DNA from: Eledone cirrhosa
Taxonomy: Eukaryota
NCBI GenBank assembly: GCA_964016885.1
Contig: OZ024747.1
Location: 56,048,001-56,112,000 of the forward strand
Length of the DNA stretch: 64,000 bases
Direction of reading: 5' to 3'
The notes beneath the pieces are model-generated. The model had not been told where the DNA came from, made no database searches, and saw only the letters and a program-made list of their open reading frames with translations. The stretch's first letter is position 1; each line of letters starts with the position of its first letter. The position numbers and the translations under genes were made by a program. Shown one piece after another: positions 14,407 to 29,410 of this stretch.

Positions 14407-14517
14407 AAAAAGCAGGATGGATTTAGTTTGAAACTGGTTGACCATTACTCAACAGAGTACTCAATACTCAGAGTGGTAGATTATGTTTATATTATAAAGA
14501 GTCAGCATCCCAACTCT

Positions 14518-14527
<10 letters not shown>
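14407..14527. mobile_element. Minimal fold-back element related to the family A tail
   Basis: The tail GACCATTACTCAACAGAGTACTCAATACTCAGAGTGGTAGA aligns with family A GACCATAACGCACCAAAGTACTCAATACTTAGGGTAGTAGA. It is followed by perfect 15-bp inverted arms (14488-14502 and 14513-14527) and lies in (TA)n. Confidence 0.7.
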
Positions 14528-14586
<59 letters not shown>

Positions 14587-15209
14587 GTGGTACTATTTTG
14601 CCAGGTGGTTCTATTAAGTTAGACATGGCCTGGGCCAATACTGGCCAAAACCTACCAAAGTTATCAAAGTTATATATAAACAGAAAATTATGATGGAGAA
14701 TCATAATATACATATATATATATATGTACATACGTATGTACATATATATATATATGTACATACGTATGTAAATGAATATTTACTCATGTAGCACAGTCTT
14801 GTAGCACAGTCATACTTATTATATACATGCCAGTCGACTGCAGCTCAATATTGTCAAGAGTGTTTATTCATACAGTGAAGATATTAGTTTATGCACAGCA
14901 TTTTATAGAAAAATGAGATGGTGGATGTTAGTAAGCTTTGTTGGAATGTAAAAAAAATTGAAGGCTTAATTGGAGCTGGGTGTAGTTCTACTTTAGTTGT
15001 CAAATATATAAAAGGAATGTTGCAACAACCAGATCAAGATCCACCAGTATTTTAAGAGGAATCCTATACTCCTCTCCCCAGCCATGCAACTATGTGGCTG
15101 CTATAAAAATGGCAATGATATGATTTCTAATTTCTCATTTGAAGAATACTATTAAAATAATAGATATAATAAGCATTATGTAAAGGAGCTGATAAAAATG
15201 GATGTTTCT

Positions 15210-15340
15210 CTTCTTCTTCTTCTTTGCCCACTTATTCCTGAGAGTGTCATGGGGGTAGAACCCTCAAACACTCCTTCCAGCAGGTCCTATGAGAAGAAAT
15301 CTGATATGGCTGGATTCCCAAGTGAGACCAGCGAAGCTCA
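15210..15340 (-). mobile_element. RTE (Rex3/Expander-like) LINE 3' end
   Basis: Reverse complement of the 3' end at 45780-46052 (CTCAGGAATAAGTGGGCAAAGAAGA). Confidence 0.65.
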
Positions 15341-15394
15341 TTAAAATTAAAACTTTTCTGCTCAAAATTTAATATTACTAATATTAAAATAGAG

Positions 15395-15770
15395 GTGAAG
15401 GCACGTGGCTTAGTGTTTAGTGTGTTGGGTGCTTGATAATAAGATTACTCATTTGATTCCTGGCCCTTCCAGTGCATTGTAACCTGGAAAAGTACACTTT
15501 ATTTCACATTGCTCCAGTCCACTCAGCATGAAAAAAAAATAATTCCAAAGACACTGCTGCCAAACTGTATCAGTCTTTACATTTCCCTTTGCCATTATTG
15601 GTGACATAGAGAAGGGAGACTTGCAGACATGAGTGACTGTTGATTCTTCATAAAACACCCTCCCAGGTTCTTGTCTTGGAGATTCATTTTCCAGGTGAAA
15701 ACTTATGAATTGTCATAACGAAAGTGGGCCTCTTCTTATTAAAAGAGAGGTACCAGCATGGTTGTTTGTC
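15395..15770 (+). mobile_element. Decayed CORE-type SINE
   Basis: GGCACGTGGCTTAGTG head and ACACTTTATTTCACATTGCTCCAG body. A relative lies at about 46390-46700. Confidence 0.7.
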
Positions 15771-15944
15771 CAGACTGCTTTACTTTATATGGATAATATT
15801 TTTGATATTACTAAAAACATTAAGAATTGGTATACAAGGAAAAGTAGGCACCATAAAGAATTTCTGTATTTCTGAAGGAATAGAAATTGTGTGTAAAGAA
15901 AAATATAAAATATACATTTTAATACAAACTGTGTGAGAGGGTTT

Positions 15945-16520
15945 GATAAACACATTGGAATGGAATTTGGAATTAAGAAATGTAGAGTCTTGAAAGTGAA
16001 AAGAAAGAAAAAGTTTAAAAAATGATTGAAAGTAATGGGATATATTTGTGATATAAGGAAGACATAAAACAGGTAAACATTGAGTGCTATAAATACTTAG
16101 GTATGATAGAATTAGATAAGATAAAGGAAACCTGCATGAAACAATATTTAGGAAGGATTACTTCTGGCTAAGCTATATGTGAGAAATATGATTCTGGCTT
16201 TTAATATAATAATTTATATCTGTTTTTAGTTATTGTGGAGAAAAGTTAAAATGGAAAAAAAAATAGGAAAATAAAACAAATATTGCATGTTAGTTTCAAT
16301 AGAAAAACTGTGAACAAATATGGAGTATTACACATGTATAGTGATGTTTACAGGATGTTGGCAGCTCATTGTATAACTGTTGAGGAAAGAAATTGGTACA
16401 TCAGAATGTATAAGAAAGATGTCAAGAACAACACCAGAAAAAATTGAGGAATCCCCAAAGTATAAAGATCAAACAGTATAAATGCTAGAAGAAATCAAAA
16501 TAAGATGAAATGATATCAGA
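15945..16520 (+). pseudogene. Highly decayed Dong/R4-clade LINE reverse transcriptase fragment
   Basis: Frame fragments IGMEFGIKKCRVLKVKR, YKYLGMIELDKIKE, RNMILAFN and YGVLHMYSDV match the RT C-terminal/thumb motifs of R4/Dong elements. Confidence 0.7.
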
Positions 16521-16550
16521 AATTAAATAAAATGTTTGGTTAGGTTGTTA

Positions 16551-16945
16551 TTTAAACCCAGATTAGTGTTGATTGAGCAGACTTTAGATCTAGGTCAGTG
16601 TTGATTGAGCATACATTAGACCCTGATCAGTGCTGCTTGAACATACTTTAGACATAGATCAGTTCTTCTTGAGCATACTTTAGACCCAGGTCAGTGTTCA
16701 TTGTGCAAAGGTTAGACCTAGATCAGTGTTGCTTGAGCAAACTTAAGACCTAGATCAGTGCTGATTGGGTAGACTTTAGAACTAGATCAGCATGGATTGA
16801 GCAGACGTTCAAATCAGTGCTGATTGAGCAGACTCAAAATCCTAGATCAGCATTAAATAAGCAAAAAGTTAAACCCAGATCAGTACAAATTGAGCAGACC
16901 TTAATACCATACCAGTGCTCATTAAGCAAACCCAAGATTAGATAC
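16551..16945. repeat. Diverged 32-bp minisatellite, about 12 copies
   Basis: Unit approximately TTTAGACCCAGATCAGTGTTGATTGAGCAGAC. Confidence 0.9.
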
Positions 16946-18428
16946 ATTCCAGCATTGAGCATCACATATTTTGAGGGGTATCAAGTACTACATATTCTAA
17001 TGTGTCCCATTATCTAAAGTGTGTTATAGAGCATTAGCCTTCTCCTAGGAACATATTTGCAATATTGAGAAAAGAGTCTTGTTGCATTGGTAACTGTTGG
17101 TTTTTCATTAACAGAAATTACCCAGATCTGTGCTCTAGGGAGGAACTTTCTATTGTCAAGCTTAAAAGGAGACCTTAATATATTCACCAAAGAAAAATGC
17201 ATCTGTAGAAAAAACAAACAACAAATATATATTTATGATAGTTCCACAATGATTTAGCATAGAATGAAGAGAGTTAAAACAAACCTAGCAAGTTTTCATG
17301 ATTGGTGCCTTGCTGCCTGTCTATGTAGGCAGTATCACATATCATAATATCAAGTTATCAGATAAAATGTTAAAATCACAGATTTGACAGTGAAATTTCA
17401 ACAGTCAATAATTCATACAATGCTCGCTCCATATATATAAATAGTAATAAATTTATGAAATCACACTACTGCAAGAGGCTTTGTGCACCTATATATATAT
17501 ATAACCCCCCACCCACCACACACACACATATATATATATATAAGCATCCATACTTACACACAGGCATACATAGCAAATCATATATTCACATAGGGATATA
17601 TACTAGTTCGTCAATCTGTCGGCGTCTTTAGAAATTTATATTTCTCACTGTATTTGAATACATGCCAGTGTATTAATCTATAACTTTAAATGTATGTATA
17701 TATGTATGGATATATGCTTATATAATATGTGCAGGCATGTACATGTAAATGTAATTTAAATGAAGGTCTATATCTGTGTAAATGTATATGTATAAATGTA
17801 TATAGATAAAATGTGTATGCACTTATAAAATCATATATATTTATATACATATATAATAGATGGATATAGATAAGTTTGTATGTATGTGTAAATATATATA
17901 TAATGGAGGCTACATCTTCATGATCTTGCATGTTTATAAACATTTCAATACCATAATATAAAAGAAAGAGTGTAGAAAAATAAAATATATTACAATGTGA
18001 TAAAAATTGATTTTGTTTTCATGCATTTACAGTAGATAAAATATATATATATATATACTTTTTATTATGTTTAAAGTCATTGATTTTAGTCTTCTTCATC
18101 ATCATGTCAACAACTACCCACATCACCACAAGGAACGGCGCCACTATCCGACCCACCACATGATTTTATCCACTTTGCTGCCAAAGTGTTTTGTGTAAAG
18201 GTTAAAAACTGGAACATATAACTATTTTGCTTCATAGTTTTATACGTACATGCATATATTAAAGTATATATAGATATATACATAGATAAAATAATACCTT
18301 ATGTACGTGTGTGTATATATATATATATATATATGTAATAATAAAAAGGGTGTATGTATGTAGGCACGTGTATGTATGTGTGTATATGTATGTATATATA
18401 TGTATGTAAGTATTTATGCTTATATGTA

Positions 18429-18473
<45 letters not shown>

Positions 18474-19195
18474 TTAACATAAAATGGTTTCTCTATAGCT
18501 GTCCTTTGTAATTTAATTTTTTTCCACATCCTTTTTTATTTCCTTTTCCATATACAGAGTGGGAAGGATAGCATGATAGACGATATATATATATATGTGT
18601 TTGTGTGTGTATGTATAAACTAAATGAGTAAAGTGAAATAAAATGAAATAAAATAAAGAATTTCCGCTAACCCGCCCGATAAAGGGGGAATTAAGAAAAA
18701 AAAAATAATAAATTTGCAAATACAAAGTAATTTTTATTGGCTGCCAAATAAAATTTTATCATATTGAAACTTATATATATTTATATTCTTAATTTTGTAT
18801 TTTTTCTATTTGTATGTTTTGTTGAAACATATATATTTATATATACATATTATTTCTATGTATTTGTTGATTTTTTTTTAATATATCTCTTATTTATTTA
18901 TAATTTTGATTTTTTGTTTAATCTTATATTTTATGTATTCTTATGTATTAATGTTTTTTGGGGGGATTTTTTTAAATTTATATATATATATATATAATTT
19001 AATGTATCTGTATTTAGGCTTAGATTTTATTAGATTTTATTTTCTATTTACTTATTTTTTATTATTCTTATCATCGATCTTGAGGAAATTTGAATGATGG
19101 GGAATTTCATTGGTTTGATTTATTACATTTTAAAAAGATCAATACTTGTGTGTGTGTGAATATATATATATATATATATATACATATATATATAC

Positions 19196-19276
<81 letters not shown>

Positions 19277-19666
19277 CATACATATATATATACAAACATA
19301 TATATATATATATATATATATATACAAACATATATATATATAAACATACATATATAGTTATACCCATACACACACATTGATTCTTTAGTATTTTTTTTCA
19401 CATTCAATTAATCTTAATTTGAAATCTATAAAATGACTTTTGGTAAATGGTTGTTAAAATATTTTTGTCCATTGCTGATTAGCGATTAGCTTAGCTTGAA
19501 GACTTTGGTGTTGTGGTGACTGTACTGAGGTGGTGGGGAAAGTATCGAGGTGGTGTGTCAAAGAATCAGTTATTGCTATAATATATATATATATATAGAT
19601 ACATATATATATATATATACCCACACCGACATATATATATATATATATCGAAACTTACATACACAC

Positions 19667-19715
<49 letters not shown>

Positions 19716-19744
19716 CATATGTATATATATATGTATATGTGTGC

Positions 19745-19808
<64 letters not shown>

Positions 19809-20228
19809 TTATATACACACAGTCATGTATGTATGTATACAGTATATGAATGTATGTATATATATATATATATATACATATAAGTAGAAGTATTTAATTT
19901 GTTGGAAGTATATGTATATTTATATACATACAGTCATACTTATATATATATATATATGTATGTATGTGTATATGTATATATATATTTATATATATATATA
20001 TATATATTGGAGTTTGAGATATTATCATTTGTTGCAATTGTTTAGATTTGTTTTTTCTTGACGTTAAACTTTTTATTTTATGTTCCGTTTTTGAAGAGTT
20101 TAATCATATCAATAGAAATCGATTTTATTTATCTCTATAAAGGTATTTATGTGTGTATATTTATTTATTTCTGAATGTATGCAAGATTTTTTTTAAATGT
20201 TATATTTATACTGCACCACAAGCGTCAC

Positions 20229-20279
<51 letters not shown>

Positions 20280-20448
20280 AAGTGTGTGGTGAGGTATTCT
20301 TAACAGTAGTGTACATTTTACAGCTAAGGGTCTGATGGACATTATAATATAATAAAATAAATGAATAAATAGATATTTAGACGAATAGTTTGATAAATGC
20401 AAATACAATATACGTAAAAATATATATATTTATGTATATTTATATATG

Positions 20449-20490
<42 letters not shown>

Positions 20491-21432
20491 TAGATAGTTG
20501 TGAATGTTATTAGGGAAATAACAGGGTGAAATCCTATTATTTGATTTATTTATTAAAAAAAAATTAATATAAGTCTATAATTATGTGCATATAAGTGTGT
20601 ATAATATGTATGTATATGTCTGAATATACATTTATATATGTGTGTATGTGTATGTATTATGATGTGAGTAGGAGGACCTCTTTAAGAAATTGATAAATTA
20701 TATGTTAAATTCAAACAGTTCTGTCCTCCCCTTGTTTCTATTCAATTTTATCTCAAATCCCCCACCTCTAAACTACTCTGATATGATCTATGAAGGCATC
20801 CATTTACATTACCCTTAGTATTACCCTAAATTACACTATATTTATATACACTGCTAAGTGTATACCCACACCTCTGCAATACATGTTATTAATAGAGTTA
20901 TATGATCACTATCTATTTACTTAAACAACATCTACAATGTATTCTTCTCCTTTGCTTTATTTACACATTTCATTTATTTCCTTACAATATCTTTCTATAT
21001 TGAGCTACAGTGTGGCCACTTGTTTATATTTATTTAGCATGTTAGACACAGTAGCTAGATAAACCCTCAAATCGTACTCTACTACCTTAAAAGATTAAAG
21101 ACATAATAGAAAATGTAGTTACAGATACACATGAGTAAATGGGGATGGTTATAGTTGTAACATATTTCCTTATAGATCAGCTGCACCAGATATTTCCTAA
21201 GGTAACACAACAACAACATAAATAGTATTATATAATACAGTGTTGCTGACCTGAGTAGGGCTGAGCTGAGGCAAGGCAACATCATTAACAACAACATCTG
21301 AATTAGTGTCATAGATCTACTTGATAAGGGTTTACTGTGGCAAAATGACAGCAATGGTAATATTATATGGTATAGAACTACTGGATTAGGGTTGACCTGT
21401 AGCTAGACAGCAAGAGCAATATTATTTGGCAC

Positions 21433-21620
21433 AGGTGGATTGGCAGTATCGGTAGAGGGTCGGGCACCATGCTTTGATGTATAGAGTTACGGCCCTTGAC
21501 ATTCTGAGTTCAAATCCCGCCGAGGTTAACTTTGCCTTTCATCCTTATGGGGTTGATAAAATAAAATACCAGTAATGCACTGGACCATGGCTGACCTTGT
21601 GGCAAAAGTAGAAACAATTA
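21433..21620 (+). mobile_element. tRNA-derived Meta-like SINE, near full length
   Basis: A-box TGGCAGTATCGG, B-box GAGTTCAAATCC, then CTTTGCCTTTCATCCTT..GGGGTTGATAAAAT. Confidence 0.85.
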
Positions 21621-21760
21621 TTTAGCACAAATCTACTGAATCAGGTCTGATCTGTGGCTGGATAACAATGAGGACTATATTATCTATCATAGATCTACTT
21701 GATCATGGCTAATGAAAACTAACATATGATATTTCATAGATCTGCTCAATCAAGGTTGAT

Positions 21761-24494
21761 CTGAGACAACACAACAATGATAGTAATATGTACTGTAGAT
21801 GTACTGGACCATGGCTGACCTGAGACAATACAACAATGATAGTAATATGTACTATAGATGTACTGGACCATGGCTGACCTGAGACAACACAACAATGATA
21901 GTAATATGTACTGTAGATGTACTGGACCATGGCTGACCTGAGACAACAATGATAGTAATATGTACTGTAGATCTACTGGACCATGGCTGACCTGAGACAA
22001 CACAACAATGATAGTAATATGTACTGTAGATGTACTGGACCATGGCTGACCTGAGACAACACAACAATGATAGTAATATGTACTGTAGATGTACTGGACC
22101 ATGGCTGACCTGAGACAACACAACAGTGATAGTAATATGTACTGTAGATGTACTGGACCATGGCTGACCTGAGACAACACAACAATGATAGTAATATGTA
22201 CTGTAGATGTACTGGACCATGGCTGACCTGAGACAACACAACAGTGATAGTAATATGTACTGTAGATGTACTGGACCATGGCTGACCTGAGACAACACAA
22301 CAATTATAGTAATGTGTACTGTAGATGTACTGGACCATGGCTGACCTGAGACAACACAACAATGATAGTAATGTGTACTGTAGATGTACTGGACCATGGC
22401 TGACCTGAGACAACACAACAATGATAGTAATGTGTACTGTAGATGTACTGGACCATGTCTGACCTGAGACAACACAACAACAATGATAGTAATATGTACT
22501 GTAGATGTACTGGACCATGGCTGACCTGAGACAACACAACAATGATAGTAATATGTACTGTAGATGTACTGGACCATGGCTGACCTGAGACAACACAACA
22601 ATGATAGTAATATGTACTGTAGATGTACTGGAACATGGCTGACCTGAGACAACACAACAATGATAGTAATATGTACTGTAGATGTACTGGACCATGGCTG
22701 ACCTGAGACAACACAACAATGATAGTAATATGTACTGTAGATGTACTGGACCATGGCTGACCTGAGACAACACAACAATGATAGTAATATGTACTGTAGA
22801 TGTACTGGACCATGGCTGACCTGAGACAACACAACAATGATAGTAATATGTACTGTAGATGTACTGGACCATGGCTGACCTGAGACTACACAACAATGAT
22901 AGTAATATGTACTATAGATGTACTGGACCATGGCTGACCTGAGACAATACAACAATGATAGTAATATGTACTGTAGATGTACTGGACCATGGCTGACCTG
23001 AGACTACACAACAATGATAGTAATATGTACTGTAGATCTACTGGACCATGGCTGACCTGAGACAACACAACAATGATAGTAATATGTACTGTAGATCTAC
23101 TGGACCATGGCTGACCTGAGACTACACAACAATGATAGTAATATGTACTGTAGATCTACTGGACCATGGCTGACCTGAGACAACACAACAATGATAGTAA
23201 TATGTACTGTAGATGTACTGGACCATGGCTGACCTGAGACAACACAACAATGATAGTAATATGTACTGTAGATCTACTGGACCATGTCTGACCTGAGACA
23301 ACACAACAGTGATAGTAATATGTACTGTAGATGTACTGGACCATGGTTGACCTGAGACAACACAACAATGATAGTAATATGTACTGTAGATGTACTGGAC
23401 CATGGCTGACCTGAGGCAACACAACAATGATAGTAATATGTACTGTAGATGTACTGGACCATGGCTGACCTGAGACAACACAACAATGATAGTAATATGT
23501 ACTGTAGATGTACTGGACCATGGCTGACCTGAGACAACACAACAATGATAGTAATATGTACTGTAGATGTACTGGACCATGGCTGACCTGAGACAACACA
23601 ACAATGATAGTAATATGTACTGTAGATGTACTGGACCATGGCTGACCTGAGACTACACAACAATGATAGTAATATGTACTATAGATGTACTGGACCATGG
23701 CTGACCTGAGACAATACAACAATGATAGTAATATGTACTGTAGATGTACTGGACCATGGCTGACCTGAGACTACACAACAATGATAGTAATATGTACTGT
23801 AGATCTACTGGACCATGGCTGACCTGAGACAACACAACAATGATAGTAATATGTACTGTAGATGTACTGGACCATGGCTGACCTGAGACTACACAACAAT
23901 GATAGTAATATGTACTGTAGATCTACTGGACCATGGCTGACCTGAGACAACACAACAATGATAGTAATATGTACTGTAGATGTACTGGACCATGGCTGAC
24001 CTGAGACAACACAACAATGATAGTAATATGTACTGTAGATCTACTGGACCATGTCTGACCTGAGACAACACAACAGTGATAGTAATATGTACTGTAGATG
24101 TACTGGACCATGGTTGACCTGAGACAACACAACAATGATAGTAATATGTACTGTAGATGTACTGGACCATGGCTGACCTGAGGCAACACAACAATGATAG
24201 TAATATGTACTGTAGATGTACTGGACCATGGCTGACCTGAGACAACACAACAATGATAGTAATATGTACTGTAGATGTACTGGACCATGGCTGACCTGAG
24301 ACAACACAACAACAATGATAGTAATATGTACTGTAGATCTACTGGACCATGTCTGACCTGAGACTACACAACAATGATAGTAATATGTACTGTAGATGTA
24401 CTGGACCATGGCTGACCTGAGACAACACAACAACAATGATAGTAATATGTACTGTAGATCTACTGGACCATGTCTGACCTGAGACAACACAACA
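21761..24494. repeat. Homogeneous 59-bp satellite, about 46 copies
   Basis: Unit CTGAGACAACACAACAATGATAGTAATATGTACTGTAGATGTACTGGACCATGGCTGAC with few variants and no unique spacers. Confidence 0.98.
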
Positions 24495-25520
24495 CAAAGT
24501 GAAATGTGTGTCTACTAGTGTTGATATTATGTCTGAGTTTATTTATAAATGCATGTGTTTTTTTTAAGGTTTATTATGTAATGTATCCCTGTTTGCCGAT
24601 ATTATGGCTGCGGGAAAATACCTCAGGCGATTGTTTTGCATAATAAATAGCAATATGAATTTGTTTCATATATGTGTAATATGTTGGAACTCTCTCATTT
24701 CTGCTGATGGATGTTCCATTTGTTTAAACAATGGAAGAACATTTGCATGAAATTAATGAACAAATGGCTGATGTTTGCGCACCTCATATAGTTCTCAGGA
24801 AGATTCAACATGACAAGAATTTGACAAGTATGGCTCACTGGATCTGCTGAATGGACTGGAACAATGGGAAATAAAGTGTTTTGATTAAGGATAACCAGGA
24901 ATCAAACTCACAACCTTTGCATTATGAGCTAAACACATTAACCACTAAGCCATGCACTTTCAAAATATGTAATATAGTTGAAAATTTTCTTCTCTTAACT
25001 GTTCATTGAAGATTTTCAGCACACTATATTATATACATGATACCTAATCATATTGAATACAGAAAATATGGCCTGGATAAGAGATATTGGTTTAAGATAG
25101 AGGATTAGATATTTATGTCTAAGAGAGGAAAATGATATGTGGTTTACATGTGAGCCAGAAATACTTGGTAGAGTTTTGTTGAATGAGAAATTCAATAGCT
25201 TTGAAATAATGTATTGAATAAAATAGACATATTTTACTGAAATATATAAAACATAGATTGAAGTGTAACGTATCATTATCTAAAAAAAAGAATTTGGTTC
25301 CTTTTTTCTCTTTCTCCGCACACACGTGTGTGTTTATATATTTATATATATATATATATATACAAATACACATCTCTCTCTACATATATATGCATATATA
25401 TATATATGTACACACACACGTATTTGTGTGTGTATAAATATATATATAAATACACACACACACATACAAATATATACACATAACTATCTATCAATATATA
25501 TATATATAAATACAAACATG

Positions 25521-25572
<52 letters not shown>

Positions 25573-27569
25573 CACATATATGCACACATGCATCCAATAT
25601 GTTAAGAACCCTTTGTTTTGTTCTTCATATCTTTGAGTGATCATTGACCAATTGCAAAAGGAGAAATACACCCATCAGGTCAATAAAGAAATTCTTTAGA
25701 ACATTTATCAATGGCAAGAACGATGGTATCTGATACCAGGATAATATTTTGGCAGAATTGTTAAATGGAAAACTGAAACCTAACATTATTTATATATGCT
25801 GGAATTTTATTCTATTTTATTTTATTTTTTTCAATACTTTTTTGATTTTAAATAAATAATCATATATCGATGCATCTTACACACTTACAGTCATTCTTCC
25901 ACCTCACCCACACCCAGTTTCACAAACCCACTTACAATTACACCCCACCACACAAACACACAAACAAACATCATCACCATACACAATTCCAAACACACAC
26001 ACGCTCACATCATCATCAGCACCATACACACAGTTCTATGCTCACTCACATGATGATGATCATCACATAAATCTTTCCATCCATGCATGGGTTGGATGAA
26101 TGTTTTCTAGCATAGCTCTTCTCTGTTTTTCATATTCCTGTTTCATTACCTATGTACTGTTTAGCAATTTGAGATCTGTTCTTCTTCACTTCTACCCAGT
26201 TTCTTTTCTCAGTCTTCACCTACAGCAGGTACTTTCTATTTTGTGATACCAGTGCACACTGCATCTGATTTTTGCACACTACATATGGTTCTGCTCATGC
26301 CCAGCTTTACTTTCAACTTATCTGTGTTATGGAAATCCTTTTTTCAGATATAAAATGCAAAATAACTTCCATATACACAGGTTTACCCAATTATGTAAAG
26401 CTTATTAGAATATGGAATGAAGAAAAATATATATCATATGAAAATATGATTGCTTGTTTTGTCTCATTTCCTGTATATATGTGAAGCAAAGTGAGGTTTC
26501 ATATTAAGGACTTTATTGATTATACACAGTTACAACTGTTTTACAGATGGATGGTTCAGGTTCTATATAAATGCTTATAGACCCAACTCCAGCCTGATCT
26601 GTTCATCAGACATGTTAATCAAGCAAAGCCAATTGTTCTCAATATATACACTCTGCTTTAGCATAGAGTGCTGATTTTGGTACCTTTCTCAGTAAACCAC
26701 AAATCTACCGAACCATCTAATATATATATATATAAACTTAAGAAAATTAACAAAGAAAGGACAAGATAATGAATGAAAACAAAACAAAACAAAAAACAAG
26801 TTTTAAGGGAAAACCTCAGAAAATTATTTCTTTTTATGAATATGCAAATAAAGGACACAGATCTCCATGGTCATCAGCCATTGAGATGGACTTAGACAGT
26901 TTCGACCCCTACCAACAGTATCTGACATAAGCCAATCGTTGTCCAAAGGAGTAAGAGATGAAAAAGAAAACATTAATTTATAGCCGTTAAGCAACTAAAC
27001 ATACAATTTTGTGTGACGTTTATTATTTGGAAGACTATATTTGGTAACTGGATGCCCTTCCTAACATCAACCCATTTAGTTGTCTCTTATGGTATTCAGA
27101 TATACAATGTACTTATTCTAAACCAGTCATATATAGCAGATTAAAAGAATATCAGTATATAAAATACATGGATCCTTTACAAAGAAGTATCTGTCTGTTA
27201 GGAATATATCGAAGCAAGTCAGTTTCTAGTGAAACAACAAACTAGGAAATTTATTGATATTATGGTAAATATATTAAAGTAGCTTTTATAAAATCCAACA
27301 TTGAAAATAAAGCCACACACATACATCACTCATATACACACACATAACACTAATATGACACACAAAGACACAAAAACACATATGTACATGCACATGCATA
27401 TACACACATATATATATATACACACCATCATCTAGATACACATATACATATATATATACACCATCACACACCCACGCACAGACACATACACATATATATA
27501 TACACATGCATATACATGCACATACATATACATGCATATATATATATATACACCATCATATAGACACAC

Positions 27570-27602
<33 letters not shown>

Positions 27603-27876
27603 CCATCACACACACACATATATATATATATACACCATCACATAGACACACACAAACTCCAATGAATAAACAAATATAAAAAAATGTAAACCTAAAAATA
27701 TATTTCTTGGATCTAAGCTATTATTTCAATGGTTAAAACCTAATCTGAAATAAGGATGATGGAACAACAACAACAACAACAACAAAAATAGAAATGGTGA
27801 CAACAATGCCAACAACAATAATGATGATGATGATGATGATGACGGTGAAGATGATGACCATGATAGCAACAACAGC

Positions 27877-27926
<50 letters not shown>

Positions 27927-29074
27927 CAACAACAACAATAAACGTACTGTGAAAAAAAACAAAAATGTGAAAAAAAATAAAAATGACAGTGAATATATAA
28001 ACCAAAAATCCTATCAACACTCCATCCCCACCCCCCACTATACCTATCCTTCCCCCTCACAAAAACACAATTTAGCAAAGAAAAAAATATCGATTTTATT
28101 TTATTTTATTTATTTTATATATATATTTTTTTTACATAACCAAAATATTTTCTATGAAGCAATATGGCCATAAATTCTTTCAGATAAGAAGACAAAGAGA
28201 ACAAGAGGCAGCAACCATTCCAGAAATTTCCTCACTTTCTTACCAAAAACTATAATCTATGGAACATTTATGTTTCATTAAAAGAGCTCTATGATTTTCT
28301 CCACTCTTTGGTGTTTTCTATTTTATACATTTTGTGGTATTATTTGGTTTCTTTTATTTCTATTTCAAAAACCGAAAGATTGACTAACTGAGATATGCAT
28401 GTTATTATTTTTCAGAACCTTTAGCCAATCATTTTTGATAGTTGGTTGTGATAATGGAAGAGACTAGGATTCCAAAAAATTTGATAATTCTTACTTTCAC
28501 TTCAATTTTCTAACTGCTTTGCTCAACTCTGCTCTCATCTGTTCTATTCCTGTATTTTTGTTGTTGTTGTTGTTTTTCATTACACATATCAATGCCTATC
28601 TTCTTACATATCACATATTTATGTATATGTATGTATCTATGTATATGCACACACTTACACTCACACACACATACACACACACACATATATATTGTATATT
28701 TATGTATATATATATATTGTATATTTATGTATATATATATAGTATATTTATGTATAATATATATATATATTATATATATATATATAAATAATATCTACAT
28801 ATATATATTATATATATATATAAAATATATTATATATATATATTATGTATATATATTATTTATTTATGTATATATATTATATAGTTATGTATATATATTA
28901 TATATTTATGTATATATATATATTTATATATATATATATTTATGTATATATATTATATATTTATGTATATATATATATTTATGTATATGTATATATATTA
29001 TATATTATATATTTAAGTATATATATATTTATGTATATTTATATATATATATTATATATTTATGTATATATGTA

Positions 29075-29128
<54 letters not shown>

Positions 29129-29377
29129 ATATATATGTGGGTGGGTGTGTGTATGTAGTCAATTGATATTTGTTTAGGCAGAGCTGAATACATTTTCTGA
29201 ATTTCAACAAATCATACTTAGGTATATGTGAGGGATGCCTTAACATTCATTGCATGAATCACAAAGCTACATTTCAATTAACAAGATAAAGTAATAATAC
29301 ATCTCTGTCCAATTATGTGCAGCAATTATAGGATGTACATAGAAATTTTAAAATTTCCTAGCTATCTTAAACTACAG

Positions 29378-29407
<30 letters not shown>

Positions 29408-29410
<3 letters not shown>

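Noticed and set aside
21761-24494. CRISPR-like array or repeat protein
   Set aside because: Units are contiguous and nearly identical with no unique spacers and no cas genes. The 59-bp period cycles through all frames, so the ORFs are artefacts.
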